Source: an uncultured delta proteobacterium
GTDB lineage: Bacteria > Myxococcota_A > Polyangia > Fen-1088
Length of the DNA: 64,000 bases
NCBI GenBank assembly: GCA_963767925.1
Contig: CAVYGB010000010.1
Location: forward strand, 256,001-320,000
Direction of reading: 5' to 3'
The notes under the pieces are model-generated. The model did not search any database. It was not told the DNA's origin and was given only the letters and a program-made list of their open reading frames with translations. Shown here one piece after another: positions 19,759 to 28,215 of the stretch. Positions within the stretch are counted from its first letter, which is position 1. Every line of letters starts with the position of its first letter. The position numbers and the translations under genes were made by a program.

Positions 19759-21443
19759 TGCACGATCCTCCCGTTGAGCTCGAACCCGGTGACCGACTCG
19801 ACAACCCCCGACTCCCAGTTGATGAAGCTGATGCGGCCCTCCGGGTGCTCCTGGCTGACGAACACCCGCTTGACCGCGTCGCCGAGCACGGCCAGCGTGA
19901 GCGGCGGGCTGCCGAGCGGGAACTCGTCGACGATGAAGCTGGCGAGGACGATCCGCTGCACCAGCCGGTTCTCGCGCACCAGCACGAAGGCCCGCGCGCC
20001 GTCGGGGGTGAGGGCCTGGGCGGTGATCTCGGCGGGGGTGAGCTGCAGCTTGGCGAAGCCGGTGGTGAGGTTGACGATCGTGTAGCCGTAGGAGCGATCG
20101 ATCTGCTGCTCCACATCGATGCCGAAGTCGCGGGGGTCGCCCGGGGCCTTGTCGTGCAGCAGGAGCGCGCTCTTGCCGTCGGGGGCGATGGCCACCGCGC
20201 GCACCGACTTCTTGAGAGGCACGGGCAGCGGCGGGGTGGTGGCGCTGTCGAGCCGGGCCAGCACCACCCGCTCGATGGGCGGGGCGCCCGCGGTGGTGTA
20301 GAGCACCGCCGTGTTGCCGTCGGCGCTGAGGGTGGCCGAGCCGAAGACCTCCCCGGTCAACACCCGTTTCGCCGGCGTGGCGCCGGCGGCGAAGCCGGCC
20401 GGGATGGCCAGCCGGGCGTAGGCGCTCTGCTGGCGCAGGACGGCCAGGGCGAAGGCGCCGCCGGGGGCCAGGTCGAGGTCGGTCACCGGCGCGCCGAGAT
20501 CGACCCGGGACACCGCGCTGGCTCCGGCCGGGGCGGCGAGATCGAGCAGCAGGACCTCCGAGGCGCCCTCCCGGCGGGCGATGGCGTAGCGACCATCGGG
20601 GGTGACCGAGACGTCGCGCGCCGCCGAGCCGCCGGCGCCGCCGTCGGGGAAACGCACGAAGGGGGCCACCGCGGCCGCCGCCACCTCGGCGAAGCGCAGG
20701 ATGGAGATCCCGTCCTCGGTGATCACGAAGGCGGCCCGGCCGTCGTCGGCGAACACCACCTCGCTCGGGCGAAAGCCGACGGTCAGGTCGACCGCCTTGT
20801 CGGCGCCCGGGGAGAGCGTGATGAGGGTGACCTCCTGGAACCCTCCCCCCGCCAGGCCGGCCGCGCCCGGCGCGGTGGCGTCGTACCAGGCCACGGCGTG
20901 GGTCCCCTGCCGGCCCACCGACACGCGGTTGGCGGCGGCGACCACCGGCACGCGCGAGACGGCGCTGGCCCCGGCGGCGTCGGTGCGGAGGATGTTGACG
21001 TCGCGGGTGCCGGCGTTGACCACCAGGGCGATGTCCTGCCCGGGCACGGTGGTGAGGTAGCCGGGCGAGTCGCCCACCGCCACGGTGCGAATGCCGAGGC
21101 CGGTCGAGTCGATGACCGAGACGTTGTCCCGCCGGCGGTTGGACACGTAGACGAAGCGGGCGCCGCCCCGGGGCGCCTCGAACTCCTGGCGCATCTCGAT
21201 CTCGGGCGGGGCCGGAGGTACCGCCGGCGGCTGCGCCGCCGGGCCGGGGGCCGGAGGCGGGGCTTGAGCCGGCGGCGGGTAGACCACCGGGGGCGCAGCA
21301 GGCGCCTGGCCGCCGGACGCGTTGCCGCGGGAGCCGTCCAGGTTGCCGGTGGTGCAGCCGGCGAGGGCAGCCCCAAGCAGGGCCAGCCCCAGCGTCTGAT
21401 GCCTCGTTCTCGACGATCGCCGTGTGGTCCGCTTGCTCCGCAT
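19755..21443 (-). CDS. Lipoprotein, predicted YVTN/YncE-like beta-propeller
   Basis: LAGC lipobox, Pro-rich linker, repeats VSVIDST..VAVGDSP, VSVTPDGRYA, VAIAPDGKSA, LTPDGARAF. Start 21443 or 21491. Confidence 0.78.
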   Translation of the reverse strand: MRSKRTTRRSSRTRHQTLGLALLGAALAGCTTGNLDGSRGNASGGQAPAAPPVVYPPPAQAPPPAPGPAAQPPAVPPAPPEIEMRQEFEAPRGGARFVYVSNRRRDNVSVIDSTGLGIRTVAVGDSPGYLTTVPGQDIALVVNAGTRDVNILRTDAAGASAVSRVPVVAAANRVSVGRQGTHAVAWYDATAPGAAGLAGGGFQEVTLITLSPGADKAVDLTVGFRPSEVVFADDGRAAFVITEDGISILRFAEVAAAAVAPFVRFPDGGAGGSAARDVSVTPDGRYAIARREGASEVLLLDLAAPAGASAVSRVDLGAPVTDLDLAPGGAFALAVLRQQSAYARLAIPAGFAAGATPAKRVLTGEVFGSATLSADGNTAVLYTTAGAPPIERVVLARLDSATTPPLPVPLKKSVRAVAIAPDGKSALLLHDKAPGDPRDFGIDVEQQIDRSYGYTIVNLTTGFAKLQLTPAEITAQALTPDGARAFVLVRENRLVQRIVLASFIVDEFPLGSPPLTLAVLGDAVKRVFVSQEHPEGRISFINWESGVVESVTGFELNGRIVQ

Positions 21444-21551
21444 GTCGGGGGGCCCAAGCAAGGGCCGTACCCCTGGCGCCATGTCCGGCAAAGGGGCGGT
21501 CCGGCGTGACCGGACCGCGACAGGGATGTCGGGCGCGCGGGCCCGGGATCG

Positions 21552-23189
21552 CTACCTGGGCGCCGCCAGCGCCTTGCGGCGGGCGGCCTCGAACTCGTCG
21601 CCCGGCTTCCAGGCGGGGAGCTTGGGGTCGTTGGCGATGCGCAGGCCCACCCGCACCAGCAACTCGGCGTCCTGGATGGCCCCCGCCAGATCCCAGGTCT
21701 TCTCGTCGAACTGGTCGGAGGGCTGGTGGTAGTGGCTCTTCTCGTAGAGGTCGCGCTGCTCGCGACCCCACTCGGGCGGACGGCCGACGTAGGCCGGGCC
21801 GCCCCGGCCGTAGATGGCGGGCACGCCGATGCGGGCGAAGTTGAACTGGTCCGAGCGGTAAAAGGTCCCCTTCTCGGGGAAGGGATCGCCGTGGACGGTG
21901 CGTCCCTGGGCCCGGGCGGCGGCGTCCACGAGGGCGTCGAGCGACGACTTGCCGTAGCCGATGAACCCGAAGTCCTTGGTCCGCCCGTCCTTGTTGATGC
22001 TGTCGACGTTGATGTTGGCGGCGATGCGGCCGGGGGCCACGGTGGGGTTGCGGCAGTACCACTCGGACCCGAGCAGACCTTGCTCCTCGGCGGTCACGGT
22101 GAGGAACAGCAGCGAGCGACGGGGCCGGGGCCCCAGGCTGGCGGCCCGGGCCATCGCCAGCAGCAAGGCCACGCCCGAGGCGTTGTCGAGGGCCCCGTTG
22201 TAGAGGGCGTCGCCCGCCTTGCCGGTACGGATGCCGAGGTGATCGTGGTGGGCGGTGTAGACGACGACCTCGTCCCGGAGCTTCGGGTCGGCGCCGGGCA
22301 AGCGCCCCAGCACGTTGTCTCCCCCGATCCGGCGCACGGTGCTGGAGAAGGCGGCCGAGAGGGTCACGCCCAGCGGCACCGCCGGGTTGCCCCGCTTCTC
22401 GGCGGCGGCGCGCAGGGCATCGAGGTCCTTGCCGCCCAGGCTGGCGATCTTGCGGCTGGCCTCCTCGGTGGCCCACATGCGGGCCTGCAGCCGCGGCTCC
22501 TGGCCGGCGGGCAGCTCGAAGCGCTCGCCGGTGTTCGAGCTCTCCACCACCTGCCAGGGGTAGGCGGCCGACGGGACGGTGTGGATCACGATGGCCCCCA
22601 CCGCGCCGTGGCGGGCGGCCTCCAGGTACTTGTAGTCCCAGCGCCCGTACCACAGGCGGGTCTTGCCGGCGAACAGCGCCGGGTCGGACTCCGGGTCGCT
22701 GTTCATCACCAGCACGACCTTGCCCTTGACGTCGACGCCCTGGTAATCGTCCCACTGGAACTCGGGGGCCACGATGCCGTAGCCGACGAACACCACCTCG
22801 GTGTCGGCGATGCGGGCCTGGCCGCTCTGGTTGCCGGCGATGAGCACGAGCTCGCTCGGCACCGCCAGCTCGGAGGACTTGCCACCGGCCTTGATCGTCA
22901 CCGTCTTCGGCGCCGTGGGGGTGATGCCCACCAGGGGGACCTTCTGGAAGAAGGTGCCGTCCTCGCCGGCCGGCTCCAGCCCCAGCGCCTCCATCTGGGC
23001 GGCGATGTAGCGGGTGGCGAGCTGCTCACCCCGGGAGGCGGGCGCCCTGCCCTCCAGCAGATCGTCGGAGAGGAAGCGGATGTGCGGCACGATGTCCTGC
23101 GCGCGCACGGGCCCCGCCTTCTGGGCGAGGACCGGACCGGCCAGGGAAACGAGCCACGTGGTCACGAGCAAGCGGGTGGCCTTCGTCAT
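21552..23189 (-). CDS. M28 family metallopeptidase with PA domain
   Basis: Signal peptide, FLSDDLLEGR, TAHHDHLG, GALDNASG, TAEEQGLLGS, RSDQFNF, YHQPSD. Confidence 0.93.
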   Translation of the reverse strand: MTKATRLLVTTWLVSLAGPVLAQKAGPVRAQDIVPHIRFLSDDLLEGRAPASRGEQLATRYIAAQMEALGLEPAGEDGTFFQKVPLVGITPTAPKTVTIKAGGKSSELAVPSELVLIAGNQSGQARIADTEVVFVGYGIVAPEFQWDDYQGVDVKGKVVLVMNSDPESDPALFAGKTRLWYGRWDYKYLEAARHGAVGAIVIHTVPSAAYPWQVVESSNTGERFELPAGQEPRLQARMWATEEASRKIASLGGKDLDALRAAAEKRGNPAVPLGVTLSAAFSSTVRRIGGDNVLGRLPGADPKLRDEVVVYTAHHDHLGIRTGKAGDALYNGALDNASGVALLLAMARAASLGPRPRRSLLFLTVTAEEQGLLGSEWYCRNPTVAPGRIAANINVDSINKDGRTKDFGFIGYGKSSLDALVDAAARAQGRTVHGDPFPEKGTFYRSDQFNFARIGVPAIYGRGGPAYVGRPPEWGREQRDLYEKSHYHQPSDQFDEKTWDLAGAIQDAELLVRVGLRIANDPKLPAWKPGDEFEAARRKALAAPR

Positions 23190-23273
23190 CCGCCCTGCTT
23201 ACCACGGGCCGGGCCCCCTCAGATCCGGGCGATTGACCGGAGTTGCCAGCGGAGACGCCACCTTACCCAGCGC

Positions 23274-23597
23274 TCACGGCTTCGGCTTGCGCACGGCCTC
23301 GACGAGCTTGGCGAACTTCGCCTCGGCGTCGGCGGTCAGCTTGCTGTAGTCGTCGTCGGCGGTGTGGCAGTCGTCGCACTCGAACTTCACGCCCGCCTTG
23401 CGCCCGTCCCGCAACATCTCCTTCATGGTCGCCTTGGCGCCCTTCAGGCCGGACTCGCGGCAAGCCTTGTCGACCGGCGAGTCGGTGCCGGTGGCCCGCT
23501 TGCACGGATCGGGACCTTTGTAGGGGCTCGGCTGGGCCAGCAGCACGGACGACGAGCCGACCAGCACCAGGACGATCAGCGAGAGGACCTTGCGCAC
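23274..23597 (-). CDS. Small secreted monoheme c-type cytochrome-like protein
   Basis: Signal peptide, CDDCH heme-binding motif, an extra Cys pair and candidate Met ligands upstream of the motif. Confidence 0.7.
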   Translation of the reverse strand: MRKVLSLIVLVLVGSSSVLLAQPSPYKGPDPCKRATGTDSPVDKACRESGLKGAKATMKEMLRDGRKAGVKFECDDCHTADDDYSKLTADAEAKFAKLVEAVRKPKP

Positions 23598-23640
23598 GCC
23601 CCGGATGATACAACGAGCGCGGGGCGGGGCCGCTCTGAGC

Positions 23641-25728
23641 TCAGGCCGCTTCGCGACGCAGCTCGTCGCCGAAGAGCAGCTCCATGAGGCTGGCCGCCTC
23701 CGCCTTCATGCCGGTGGCGTGGGGGGCCAGCGCGGCGGCGAACTGCTCGGCGCTCTGGAAGCGGGCCCCGGGGTCGACCGCCAGCGCGCGCAGGAGGATC
23801 TCGGCGGCGGGCGGCGGGACCCGGCGGAGGGCCTCCAGGTCCTCGGGGCTGGGGCCACAGGCGGCGCGGTAGAGGATGTCGAGGTCGTTGTCGCCGGTGT
23901 AAAGGAGCTGGTTCGTCAGCAGGAAGTAGATCACCAGGCCGAGCGAGAACAGGTCGCTGCGCCGGTCGACCGACTGGCCCCGGGCCTGCTCGGGCGACAT
24001 GAAGTTCGCGTTCCCCTTGACCATGCCGGCCTGGGTCTGGCTCTGGCGGCGGTTGGCCTTGGCGATGCCGAAGTCGAACAGCTTCACCTCGCCGGCCGAC
24101 GACAGCATGACGTTGCTGGCCGAGACGTCCCGGTGAACGATGCCGAGGGGCTCGCCGTCGCGCCCCTTCTTGCCGTGCGAGTAGGACAAGGCCTGCAGGG
24201 TCTCGTAGGCCATGAAATAGACCAGGCGGGGATCGAGGCGGAAGCCGGTGCGCTCCACGCAGCGGCTCGACACGCGGGCCAGGTCGCGGCCCAGGATGTA
24301 CTCCTCGATCATGAAATATTCGCCGCCCATCATGCCGAAGTCGAACACCTGCACGATGTTCGAGTGGGCCAGGCTGGCCTGCACCCGGGCCTCGTCGATG
24401 AACTGGTTGACCGCCTCCTTGTTGTGGGCCAGCTCGGGGCGCAGCCGCTTGATGACGAAGGTGCGGGAGAAGCCCTCCGCCCCGTGGGCCACGGCGGTGT
24501 AGACCTCGGACATGCCGCCCGAGCCCAGCCGCTCGAGGATGCGGTAGCGGCCGAACAGCTTGGAGGTCTCCTCGGAGACCGGCACAACCGTCACCGGCAT
24601 CTCGGCGGCGGCGTCGACCTGGGTGTCGGGCAGATCGGTCGGCAGATCGGAGTGGATGTCGATCGGGGGTGGGGGCAGCGGCTGCGGCGGAGGCAAGGCC
24701 CGGCGGTGGTGCTGGCGCGAGAGCCCGGGCTGCGAGCTGGTGACCGCCCGGATCGGGCCGGAGACCGAGCCCAGCACGGGGCCCACCCGGTGGTGGGTGA
24801 CCCGGGGGTGGCTGCTGCTGGTGCCGAAGGGCAAGGTCGGCTCGGGCTCCACCTCGTAGGCCGGAGCGAAGGTGGGAGGCCGACGGGGCCCACTTCGAAG
24901 CAGGAGGAGGGCCAGACCGGCCACGCCGAGCGCGCCCGCGCCCCCGAAGAGGACGTTGCGGGGGCTGGCGGCGGGAGCGGCCACCGCTGTCGAGCGAGCC
25001 GCCCAGAGGCTCATGGTCTTCGACAGGGGGATGCGGGCCGCCTCCCGGCCGCTCTTGCCATCGATCACGGTGGCGGTGTCGACCCGCCGCACGAGGCTCT
25101 CCAGGAACTCGCGGTGATCCTCGGACCCGGCCATCAGCAGGGGCGACCGGCCGTCGGTCAAGACGAGCGACAGCTTGGTGCGGGCCGCCACCCCTTCGAG
25201 CATCTTGAGCTCCAGCGGCATGGCCAGCACCACCACCGGATCGCCCTTCATGTTGAGGTCGACCCGCGCCGCAGCGATGACCAGCGGGCGCCCGCCGACC
25301 GCCACCACCTCACCGGCCTGCTGGTTGCGGCGAGCCCCCGCCACCACCGACTGGTCGAAGGTGCCGAGGTCGACCGGGCCGTGGTGGGCCACCGAGTCGC
25401 CCACCACCACCCGCGAGGCGATCACCTCGTCGCGGTAGGGGCGCCACCAGTCCTCGGTGGCGAACAGATCGATCAGGGTGGCGGCGTCGACTCTGGAGGA
25501 GAGCGCGGCCCGCAGCGGCTCGAGTCCGGCCGCCATCCTGGCCCGTGACCGGAGGAACTCGAGCTCCATGGCGAGGCCGGCGGCCGCCGTCTGGGCGGCC
25601 CGGGTGACGGTGCTGGCGTTGTCGGTCACCGGCGGGGGAGCCGAGCCCCGGCTCCAGCCGACCATGCCGACCACGGCTGCGCCGACGATCAGCAGCACGC
25701 CGAGCGCGATCCTGAGCTTGCCGATCAT
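23641..25728 (-). CDS. Membrane Ser/Thr protein kinase with N-terminal extracytoplasmic sensor domain
   Basis: TM1, about 230-aa periplasmic region, TM2, Pro-rich linker, then LGSGGMSEVY, VIKRL, HRDVSASN, DFGIAK, FMSPEQ, DLFSLG. Confidence 0.93.
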   Translation of the reverse strand: MIGKLRIALGVLLIVGAAVVGMVGWSRGSAPPPVTDNASTVTRAAQTAAAGLAMELEFLRSRARMAAGLEPLRAALSSRVDAATLIDLFATEDWWRPYRDEVIASRVVVGDSVAHHGPVDLGTFDQSVVAGARRNQQAGEVVAVGGRPLVIAAARVDLNMKGDPVVVLAMPLELKMLEGVAARTKLSLVLTDGRSPLLMAGSEDHREFLESLVRRVDTATVIDGKSGREAARIPLSKTMSLWAARSTAVAAPAASPRNVLFGGAGALGVAGLALLLLRSGPRRPPTFAPAYEVEPEPTLPFGTSSSHPRVTHHRVGPVLGSVSGPIRAVTSSQPGLSRQHHRRALPPPQPLPPPPIDIHSDLPTDLPDTQVDAAAEMPVTVVPVSEETSKLFGRYRILERLGSGGMSEVYTAVAHGAEGFSRTFVIKRLRPELAHNKEAVNQFIDEARVQASLAHSNIVQVFDFGMMGGEYFMIEEYILGRDLARVSSRCVERTGFRLDPRLVYFMAYETLQALSYSHGKKGRDGEPLGIVHRDVSASNVMLSSAGEVKLFDFGIAKANRRQSQTQAGMVKGNANFMSPEQARGQSVDRRSDLFSLGLVIYFLLTNQLLYTGDNDLDILYRAACGPSPEDLEALRRVPPPAAEILLRALAVDPGARFQSAEQFAAALAPHATGMKAEAASLMELLFGDELRREAA

Positions 25729-25747
25729 CCGTTGGTCTCCCCGCGCT

Positions 25748-26686
25748 TCACTCTTTGTACGATCCGTAGGGAATGCCCAGCTTGTTGCTGTGGGCCTTCT
25801 GGTCCGTGTATTCCATGTCGAAGGCGACCCGCGAGGCCATGCCCGAGCCCACCTCCACCTTCTGCTGGATAGGCTTGAGGCTGGGGCTCCAGGCCACGAT
25901 CGAGCGCATGCCCGCCGGGACCCCCTCGAGGCGGAAGCTGCCGTCGGGGCGCACCCGGGTGTAGAGCTTGCTCGGCACCACCAGGACGTGGGCGCTCATG
26001 CGCTGGTGGATGTTGCAGTAGATGTCCACCACCCCGGGGGTGTTGAACACCGCCGAGCGGGTCTGGTCACCGGCCCGGTAGCTGCCGAGATCGAACCCGT
26101 TGCGGGGGGAGTTCGAGAAGACGTTGTGGAAGATCGGATCGAGATTGGGGAAGCTCACCGAGGTGCCGATGGGGACCACCTGCACCCGGGGGATGAACTG
26201 CTTGTTCTCCTGCTTGATCTCGACGGCCTTGCCCCGCACGGGCGGGCCCCGAAAGTTCTCGACGTAGACGTAGAGCTCGGAGGTGTCGCCCCCCGGCACC
26301 TTGACCCGGCCCTCGACCACCCCGAAGCGCGACTCGGCCCGTTCGGGCGGCGGTCGGTTGGCGGTCAAGGTGGCGCCGCTCCGGGGCCGGTCGTTGTCCC
26401 CGCTGGCGGCCGGGGCCGGGGCGGGGGTGGCAGGCGTGGCGGTGGCGGTGCTGGCGGCCCCGCTCTGCAGCAAGCGCAGCAACATGTCGTAGCGCTGCTG
26501 CTCGGTCTGCATGAGCTGGATCACCATCTGGCGCTGCTCGCGCACCTCGGCCTCGAGCGCGCGAAACTCGCTCCAGGTCGGGCCCGGCCGCCCGGGCGGG
26601 TCGCCCTTCTGGGCCAGGACCGGCCGCACGCCCGTGGCGAACACCGCCGCCAGGGCGAGACGCGCCATCACGTTCTTTCTCCCCAT
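25748..26686 (-). CDS. Exported cupredoxin-like + carboxypeptidase-regulatory-like domain protein with N-terminal coiled coil
   Basis: Signal peptide; FIPRVQVVPIGTSVSFPNLDPIFHNVFS...YCNIHQRM gives a His/Cys/His/Met type-1 Cu ligand set; C-terminal DGSFRLEGVPAG..VAW. Confidence 0.82.
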   Translation of the reverse strand: MGRKNVMARLALAAVFATGVRPVLAQKGDPPGRPGPTWSEFRALEAEVREQRQMVIQLMQTEQQRYDMLLRLLQSGAASTATATPATPAPAPAASGDNDRPRSGATLTANRPPPERAESRFGVVEGRVKVPGGDTSELYVYVENFRGPPVRGKAVEIKQENKQFIPRVQVVPIGTSVSFPNLDPIFHNVFSNSPRNGFDLGSYRAGDQTRSAVFNTPGVVDIYCNIHQRMSAHVLVVPSKLYTRVRPDGSFRLEGVPAGMRSIVAWSPSLKPIQQKVEVGSGMASRVAFDMEYTDQKAHSNKLGIPYGSYKE

Positions 26687-26703
26687 GACGATTGCTTCTC
26701 CTC

Positions 26704-28215
26704 TCAATTGGAAAAGACCAGCGACGACGTGAACATGTCGTTCCTGATCTCGGGAATGCCTCCGTATTCGCCGTTGCGGAGGTATTCCGCCTTCAGCACG
26801 ATCCGTTCGTTGAAGACCACCTTGATCCCGCCGGTGGCCCGCCAGGACTTGGTCAGGTAAGCGCGGTTGGCGCCGTCGGGGGCGGTGGGGTCGCCCAGCC
26901 AGACGAAGGCGTCCCGATACTCCACCCGACCCAGCACGCCCATCCAGGGCGTCACCATGAGATCGGCCTCCAGGTAGCCGCCGCCGTGCAGGTCCAGGCC
27001 GTACACGTTGTCTACCGGGCGGCCGGGCGCCTTGCCCTTGAGGAACTGGGCCTTGAGGTCGAGGGGGCCGATCTGGGAGAGCAGGTCGAGGCCCAGGAAG
27101 ACCATCTCGCCCCGGCTGTCGAGGGCCCGGTCCTGGGCTCCGTAAGAGCCCGAGGCCCCCAGCTCCAGCTCGAAGGGGAGCGGCAAGCGCATGGCGATGC
27201 GACCGCTGAGGGTCTTGCCGGCGTTGGTGTCGATCTCGTCGAAGAAGTGGAACTGCTCCTGGGTATTCGAGCCGTTGGTGATGCCCCCGGCCAGCACGAG
27301 GAAGTCGTTGGGCCCGAACTTGCTGCGCAGCTTGAGCCCCAGGGCGGTGCCGGTGGTGTAGCGGGCCAGCAGCGAGGGGGTGATGCCAAAGCGGTTGTTG
27401 GCCTTGCGGTCCCGGTACTCCACCCCCAGCAGCGAATCGAACTTGCCGATGAACAGCGAGGTCTTGCCCGAGTCGGTGAGCACCCACTCGACCTGGGCCA
27501 GGTCGAGGTCGATGAAGTCGCCGATGGCGAAGTCGCCGCCGGTGCGGGGCACGAAGTTCACGCTCACCGTCGCCAGCACCGCCTCGGTTATGCCCGAGCT
27601 GAGGGTCAGGTTTATCTCGTTGGCGATGAAGCCGGGCGCTCCCCGCGAGTGGATGCTGTCGAAGCGGGTGGCGCCGGCGGCCTGACCCAGGTCGGCCACC
27701 TCGCCGCGGGAGTTTACCGCGGGGGCCAGCAGATCGCCGAGGAAGACCCAGCCGTATTGGCCCTCGTACTGGGGGAACAGCTCGTTGCCGTTGTCCCGCA
27801 TGATGCCCGAGCCGTCCCCCTGGGGAACGAAGAAGCCGAAGTCGACGTAGCCGCCGAGGTTGACCGAGGGGCGCCGCTTGCTGATCAGCTCCTGGGTCTG
27901 CTCGATCCGGTTCTCCAGCTCCTTGAGGCGGGCGAGCGGGTCCTCGAGCGGCTCGGGCTCGCTGAGCTGGGTCTCCTCGGCGACCTGCCCCGGTCCGGGG
28001 ATGGGGCGCATGGGCGTGGGGACCTGGGGGTAAGGCGGGAAGCCGGGAGGCGGGACGGTGTAGCTGGGCGGGGGGGAGCCTTGCCGCTGGGCCAGGGCGG
28101 GCTTGGCGGCGGCCTCCTTGGCGGGGGCGGCGGCGGCGGGATCGGGCAGGGCGGTGGCGCAGAGGGCGGTGGCGGCGACTCCGAACCAGCGCATCGGGGC
28201 GGTCAGTAGGGCCAT
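26704..28215 (-). CDS. Putative outer-membrane porin (OprO/P-like architecture)
   Basis: Signal peptide, Pro-rich linker, coiled coil (ARLKELENRIEQTQE), then beta-strand-rich region (LGGYVDF, LFIGKFD, GGITNG, VLKAEY). Start 28215 or 28194. Confidence 0.75.
   Translation of the reverse strand: MALLTAPMRWFGVAATALCATALPDPAAAAPAKEAAAKPALAQRQGSPPPSYTVPPPGFPPYPQVPTPMRPIPGPGQVAEETQLSEPEPLEDPLARLKELENRIEQTQELISKRRPSVNLGGYVDFGFFVPQGDGSGIMRDNGNELFPQYEGQYGWVFLGDLLAPAVNSRGEVADLGQAAGATRFDSIHSRGAPGFIANEINLTLSSGITEAVLATVSVNFVPRTGGDFAIGDFIDLDLAQVEWVLTDSGKTSLFIGKFDSLLGVEYRDRKANNRFGITPSLLARYTTGTALGLKLRSKFGPNDFLVLAGGITNGSNTQEQFHFFDEIDTNAGKTLSGRIAMRLPLPFELELGASGSYGAQDRALDSRGEMVFLGLDLLSQIGPLDLKAQFLKGKAPGRPVDNVYGLDLHGGGYLEADLMVTPWMGVLGRVEYRDAFVWLGDPTAPDGANRAYLTKSWRATGGIKVVFNERIVLKAEYLRNGEYGGIPEIRNDMFTSSLVFSN

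Noticed and set aside
18127..22755. 1542-aa ORF
   Set aside because: Only the last part (from 19758) is protein-like; the rest is an off-frame read of neighbouring genes.
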